In this document: in pieces, positions 59,382-64,000 of the stretch
How the letters are laid out: the number at the start of each line of letters is the position of its first letter
Numbering within the stretch: position 1 is the stretch's first letter
DNA from: Halobacteriovoraceae bacterium
GTDB lineage: Bacteria; Bdellovibrionota; Bacteriovoracia; Bacteriovoracales; Bacteriovoracaceae
Assembly (NCBI GenBank): GCA_963719505.1
Contig: CAVRCF010000005.1
Location: forward strand, 384,001 to 448,000
Length of the DNA stretch: 64,000 nt
Direction: 5' to 3'
Position numbers and translations under genes: made by a program
The notes under the pieces: model-generated
What the model was told of the DNA's origin: nothing
The model's input: only the letters and a program-made list of their open reading frames with translations
The model's database searches: none

Positions 59382-59641
59382 CTCATATCGCCTTTGAAGT
59401 ATACAACTGTGATTAGAAGTTTGAATTGACGTCGATTATTCTAATCACAATTCAAACTAATTAATCTGATTTAGATTTGTATGATAACTGGTTTTAATTT
59501 GTCTTATTGAAAAGACTAAAAAATACCAGCGAGTTTTAAAACTGCAACTACAACAACAATTAAGCCTATAAGATATATTATATTTCTCGGCATATATTTT
59601 CCCCTATTTTTTGAAATTTAGTTAATATTGTCTGAGATAAT

Positions 59642-59664
59642 AAGAAGGCTGGATAACCAGCCCT
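59642..59664 (-). terminator. Possible terminator of the glycine-zipper gene
   Basis: GGCTGG-TTAT-CCAGCC hairpin with a weak T tract. Confidence 0.4.
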
Positions 59665-59672
59665 CCCCAATT

Positions 59673-60182
59673 TTAATTTGTAGAAATCTTCTTTGGTTCA
59701 AAGTTGCCTAAGCTTTCTTTTAAACTGTCGACTCTATCGCTATCAGTCTCAATCCCAACTAATACATGTCCACGACCTAGTTCTTCATCAACGAACTTAG
59801 CTTCAACTTCAGGAATTCCCATTCCAACAAGTCCACCAATAATACCACCAGCTGTACCACCTGCACCTGCACCAGCGAAAGCTGCTACTAAAGGTCCAAC
59901 TGCTAAAAGTCCTGCTCCACCAGTTAAAGCTACTGCTCCAGTAGCTGTAAGGCCTGCAACTACTGCTCCTGCAACTCCACCGGCTGTTGCTCCAATAGCT
60001 GTACCTTCTGGTGCCTTAGAGTTTTCTTGAATTTTTATATCTTCTTTTGAATTCCATGAATTCTCAGAAACAAGTAATGAGATATTATCTGCGTTATAAC
60101 CGATATTCTCAAGGTAGTTCATAGCATGCACCGCTTTAGTTTTATTTTCGAAAATTGCTGTTACTCGTTTTGTACTGCTCAT
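59673..60182 (-). CDS. General-stress-protein-like glycine-zipper membrane protein
   Basis: TAIFEN...A...LE..GY...IS, long GA zipper, GMGIPEVEA. Confidence 0.75.
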   Translation of the reverse strand: MSSTKRVTAIFENKTKAVHAMNYLENIGYNADNISLLVSENSWNSKEDIKIQENSKAPEGTAIGATAGGVAGAVVAGLTATGAVALTGGAGLLAVGPLVAAFAGAGAGGTAGGIIGGLVGMGIPEVEAKFVDEELGRGHVLVGIETDSDRVDSLKESLGNFEPKKISTN

Positions 60183-60697
60183 AAAATCTCCTTTACATTG
60201 TCCCTGTAGGCCAACAATAGTTTAATGTGTAACTACTTTCTTGTAGCTACTTATGTTGAATAGATAATACTCTGTTTGAACAAGATAGATTTTAGGAGAC
60301 TTGGAATCTATATGTTTAAATCTTCACATCAGTCCTTTAACCTATAGGCAGTAAAAGCACGAGAACTACATACTAGAGGGTGGTAGCGGTATTCGGCAGG
60401 TTAAAAGGCTTATAATATCAGAGTTGAAATTAAACCAGATACACTAGCTCTACCAATGTGATATTCATAAAACACACCGATTTCTGCACCAGAGCGTTTA
60501 CACTAAGTAGAAATTCAAGTCTATTATCCTTGCTCCATGCAAGATCAATGAGCTTTATATTTCCTGGAGTGTCGATTTTATAGAGAAGGCTTTTGAGTTT
60601 AGAGCTTAGGAAATACTGAATCAAGAATTCATGAAAGAGGTACAGAGTTTTAAGAGTGTAAAAGTCAGATGACCATACTTTTGTTAGTTACTGAATA

Positions 60698-61053
60698 TCA
60701 TAAGTTTTTATAAACCTTGTGAAGTTTCTTATGCTCATCTTTCATTCTCAAATATTCCTCATCTTTTCGAACAATATCATAAACCTGTTTAAAAATTTCA
60801 GCAGATTTTGCTTTTTCATTCACCAAAGCATTCGCCGATTGCGTTAACACATCACCTAAATCGTTATACTTAGTCCCTGAACCGTGGTTCGCATATCTCC
60901 TAGCTCTAGTCCAGCCCATCTGAATGAATTTTCTCGCCATATCCATCCCAACGAAGTCTGCCTCATCTTTATATGAATTAAATTGGTTGAAAATAATTCC
61001 TACTGACTCAGCAGCGATATCAGGAGTTTTAAATCGCCAATTAGGTAAGATCT
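60698..61053 (-). pseudogene. 5'-truncated DUF4385-like gene
   Basis: Frame open up to the IS boundary: ILPNWRFKTPDIA...DFVGMDMARKFIQMGWTRARRYANH; N-terminal part absent on either side of the IS. Confidence 0.75.
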
Positions 61054-61085
61054 TGGACTGCGGTCGTTTGATCGGACACCAACAT
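61054..61085. repeat. IS3 terminal inverted repeat (IRR)
   Basis: TGGACTGCGGTCGTTTGATCGGACACCAACAT. Confidence 0.9.
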
Positions 61086-61086
61086 G

Positions 61087-61908
61087 CTAAAGTTTAAAAA
61101 CAGGTCGATCCTTTTTTTCTTCAGTGTAAATATCTTCAAATTCTTCCGGTGGCAAGTAATTCAAAGATGAATGCAATCTTTTCTTGTTATAAACTTCTTC
61201 AATAAAATATGGCAACTTATCAATCACGTCTAAAAATGTATCGTACTTCCTCATAAAAATTTCTTCGTACTTTAAAGTTTTCATAAAAGATTCTGACCAA
61301 GCATTGTCGTAAGGATTTCCTTTTCGAGAACATGATAGATGAAAATTATTTTCCTTCAATTCTTTAACATATTTAGCGCAGAGATATTGTACTCCTCGAT
61401 CTGTATGATGGATAACTCCTTCTGGCGGCTTTCTTCGCTTGATGGCCATCTGTAAGGCATCTAGAGTTAACTGTCCATCAATCTTTTTTGAGACTGACCA
61501 ACCGATAACTTTACGAGAATAAAGATCAAGAAGAACTGCCAGAAAAACAAAACCATTTCCGATTCTAATGTAGGTTATATCTCCGGCCCAAACTTGATTG
61601 ACTCCATCAATAGTCATCTCATGAATCAAATTTGGATAAACTAATTCATCGTGATCCGACATCGTTGTTTTCATGTGCTTTCTTTTAGGTTTTAAAAAGA
61701 GCCCTGATTCACCAAGAATTCGTCTTAAACGAGTTTCTCCAACTGAGACACCATTTCTTTTTAAGTGCTGTAGCAATGGCCTGTAGCCCGCTCTTGGAAA
61801 CGTGACTCGTAGTTGTTCGACTTTACCTCGAATGTCGGCATCATGTTCTTCTTTTTCAGCTCTGGTAACTTTTGAATCCGCATAATAAGTTGATGATGAA
61901 AGCTCCAT
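61087..61908 (-). CDS. IS3 transposase OrfB (DDE integrase core)
   Basis: WAGDITY, HHTDRGVQY, DNAWSESF..TLKYE, YN.KRLHSSL.YLPP. Confidence 0.95.
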   Translation of the reverse strand: MELSSSTYYADSKVTRAEKEEHDADIRGKVEQLRVTFPRAGYRPLLQHLKRNGVSVGETRLRRILGESGLFLKPKRKHMKTTMSDHDELVYPNLIHEMTIDGVNQVWAGDITYIRIGNGFVFLAVLLDLYSRKVIGWSVSKKIDGQLTLDALQMAIKRRKPPEGVIHHTDRGVQYLCAKYVKELKENNFHLSCSRKGNPYDNAWSESFMKTLKYEEIFMRKYDTFLDVIDKLPYFIEEVYNKKRLHSSLNYLPPEEFEDIYTEEKKDRPVFKL

Positions 61909-62304
61909 TATTTGGATTGCCTTCTTTTTAGTTCCTGTGCTTTTATAGTTTTTAGTAACCCAGTCAATTCGCTCTCTCGTTGTAAGGGTGGATACTTCAG
62001 GAGTTTTTTTAAAAGGTCACTTATGAGAACTTGTTCGGCAAATTTCTTTTTATAGGCATCAACTTCGAGCTCTAAGTTCAAAAATTCTTTGTGATTCCTC
62101 GATAGAATTTCCGCGAGCTGTTAGCTCTTCAACTCTGAGACCTTTAAGCTTTTCTTCTCTGAGTACTTTCCATCGATAAATGTATTGAGGTTCAGCTCTG
62201 AGTTGCTCTGCAATTTGATCGACACTGAGGCTTCCGGCAATGAATTCGTCAACGGCCCAGTCTTTTTGCTCTTTGGTAAATGTTTTTCTGTTTCTTTTTG
62301 TCAT
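61908..62304 (-). pseudogene. IS3 OrfA with a +1 nt frameshift
   Basis: ATG 62304 (GGAG RBS) stops early at 62059; the adjacent frame continues LELEVDAYKKKFAEQVLISDLLKK to TAA at 61908-61910 overlapping the orfB ATG; A7 slippery site near 62004-62010. Confidence 0.8.
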
Positions 62305-62369
62305 TTTCAACTCCTAAATTGATTATATCAGATTTAAGAATTGACCTATTTTCAGGGCTTTAAATAAGT

Positions 62370-62401
62370 ATGTTGGACTCCGATATTACGACCGCAGTCC
62401 A
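62370..62401. repeat. IS3 terminal inverted repeat (IRL)
   Basis: Reverse complement TGGACTGCGGTCGTAATATCGGAGTCCAACAT. Confidence 0.9.
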
Positions 62402-62438
62402 AAGATATGTACTATTAATAACTAAAAGCTCAATCATC

Positions 62439-63248
62439 ATGCCTCGAACTTCTTCTCCAATGTTTATTTCCTTTCAAAACTTAGCTAATGAACTTGATAA
62501 ATTCTTTACGGAGGAATGGAATAAACTGGTATTCAAAAATGAGTTTTTACATACCAAAGAAAAGGATAAGATCCTTTTAGCAAATATTAGGTTAGACTTA
62601 GAAGAATGCTCTCATGCTTTTTTTATGCTCTATAATAGCTTGTTAAAGCTTCGAAAAGATCAACAACTCATCCTAATAGAGAAAACGAGTTATTCTCTTC
62701 AAAAAAGAATGCAAAAAACCCAAAGATTAGTAGCTGAATCCACTGTCCTAATAAAATCAATTTATAATTTATTTTTTTCAATAAGAGAGATGCTTTCAAG
62801 TTCTCCAAAGCTTAAAGAACTTTTAACTCCATCAACACTTATTGAATTAGATAGAGTTTGCGAATTTAGATCAAAGCTAATAGTTCATAAACAGGATCAA
62901 AAGCTATTTACTGGCTCAGCAAGAAAATATAATACTGAGGACTTGAATATCACCTTACAAATAGGACAATACACTCCAAGGGGTAAAGAGGTATACGGCC
63001 AGTGTAAGAAGCTTTATGAGAGTTCTCAGAAGTTCTTCCATATAGAAGATCAGAATTATGATAACTATTATGAAATAGCCGATATGCTATACAAAAATTT
63101 AAGCTTAGTCCCTAAACATCTTAAATCCGATGTTAAAGGATTCATCGCAGCTTACGGAGTATGTTCTGATCCTCCCCTAAAGCTTGGTGAGCTTTTAAGA
63201 AACCTCGTATTTGAATATTTTAGATTTGTAAAAGAGCTACAAGATTAA
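62439..63248 (+). CDS. Hypothetical helical protein with HEPN-like Rx5H motif
   Basis: EFRSKLIVH; the ORF-track ATG (62370) lies inside the IS IR, so the true start is uncertain (62439 or 62460, or truncated). Confidence 0.55.
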   Translation: MPRTSSPMFISFQNLANELDKFFTEEWNKLVFKNEFLHTKEKDKILLANIRLDLEECSHAFFMLYNSLLKLRKDQQLILIEKTSYSLQKRMQKTQRLVAESTVLIKSIYNLFFSIREMLSSSPKLKELLTPSTLIELDRVCEFRSKLIVHKQDQKLFTGSARKYNTEDLNITLQIGQYTPRGKEVYGQCKKLYESSQKFFHIEDQNYDNYYEIADMLYKNLSLVPKHLKSDVKGFIAAYGVCSDPPLKLGELLRNLVFEYFRFVKELQD

Positions 63249-63260
63249 AAAAGAAAAAAA

Positions 63261-63851
63261 TTAGTCAAAAAGCTCTTCTTCAAACCATAAGAAATTTTTA
63301 TTCACAAAGTTTGGATCAAAAGTATATGGGTTATAAAAACCACCTAACCAAGTGATCAGTTCATCTTTTTCTTCAGAATCCTCTCCTAATAAAGTCGACT
63401 TTAAACTTTCAAAGCCACCGATTCCACCGCAATCTTCAGGAGGACAGGCATTCTCCCCTCCGATACAAACGGGATAATTCATTCGTCGATCAGTTTCGAG
63501 AACATTTGTAATCTCCACTTTATGAATCCAATCGTCTCCAAAGTCATATGTGTAAGAAAATTCTTTAGATTCACCTAAAACTTCACAAAGTAAAATTCCT
63601 TCAGCATTATGCGTATCATCCATTTCCAAAGCTGATTCCGGGTCTGAGTATGACTTATTATTAATATCTAGGACGAAAAGGTGAGAATCTTGCCAGCCCA
63701 TAGTCATTTGAATAAGCATATGTAGCTCATAGAGCTCAATCACTTCATGAGCGAGAACTTTTCTCCACACAAGGGGATTGGTCTCATTAAGAGAGATCGT
63801 CAGTTCAAGTACTCTAGGGTTCTTTGGTAGTTTTTTTATTTTATTGGCCAT
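63261..63851 (-). CDS. Plasmid pRiA4b ORF-3 family protein
   Basis: PLVWR, MGWQDSHL, YTYDFGDDW.H, ACPPEDCGG. Confidence 0.92.
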   Translation of the reverse strand: MANKIKKLPKNPRVLELTISLNETNPLVWRKVLAHEVIELYELHMLIQMTMGWQDSHLFVLDINNKSYSDPESALEMDDTHNAEGILLCEVLGESKEFSYTYDFGDDWIHKVEITNVLETDRRMNYPVCIGGENACPPEDCGGIGGFESLKSTLLGEDSEEKDELITWLGGFYNPYTFDPNFVNKNFLWFEEELFD

Positions 63852-64000
63852 AAGAACTTATATCAAATAGATCTAAAAGTGTCATCCACTTACCTCGCAG
63901 GGTTATTTCAAGAAGAGAGATTAATAATATTCATACTTAACCAAGCTAAATATAAATACACAAATGGCTTAATAAATCCCCATAAAATATTCCATAAGTG

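Larger units (their letters stand above)
61054..62401 (-). mobile_element. IS3-family insertion sequence, 1348 bp, probably defective
   Basis: TG...CA ends with 32-bp imperfect terminal IRs (27/32 identical); orfA HTH plus orfB DDE. Confidence 0.93.

Noticed and set aside
485..60030. Many 60-130 aa ORFs nested in or antisense to long genes
   Set aside because: They overlap well-supported CDSs and have no RBS or motifs; expected shadow ORFs
60430..60624. 64-aa ORF in an accessory spacer
   Set aside because: TTG start without RBS and no recognisable motif
1..64000. CRISPR arrays, tRNA and rRNA genes
   Set aside because: No spaced direct-repeat array, cloverleaf/T-loop signature or rRNA-like segment seen by eye; tandem repeats found are coding low-complexity tracts

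Overview
AT-rich bacterial chromosomal window. Gene content (many secreted hypotheticals, PilZ, GYF and Flp proteins, asnS, tmk-holB-ricT) suggests a predatory Bdellovibrionota/Bacteriovoracales-like organism; this assignment is inference. 1-11.5 kb is an envelope/extracellular cluster: the start of a Wzy-type polysaccharide operon with a split, degenerate Wzc, an operon of two atypical TolC-like paralogues plus a secreted protein with no inner-membrane partner, a GH74-like double-propeller lipoprotein, a transglutaminase-elicitor-family protein and an SdpA/SdpB(HTTM)-like pair. 11.5-46 kb is mostly housekeeping: tex, a Xer-like recombinase, LolC/E, fadI/fadJ, LPS core genes, hemB, sufE, tmk, holB, ricT, sbcDC, asnS, rsmJ and a fused gcvP. 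46-55 kb holds candidate secreted effectors (a collagen-like/cystine-ladder protein, a clan CD protease-like protein with a small partner, an M28 peptidase), FabR with a clear operator, and a CASTOR/POLLUX-like channel. 55.6-64 kb is accessory, with a defective IS3 at a deletion junction, a HEPN-like ORF and a pRiA4b ORF3 gene. Regulatory signals read directly from the DNA include sigma54 and sigma28 promoters, several apparently leaderless genes and a probable ATT start codon. No rRNA, tRNA or CRISPR array was seen. All family assignments come from motif recognition, not database searches.
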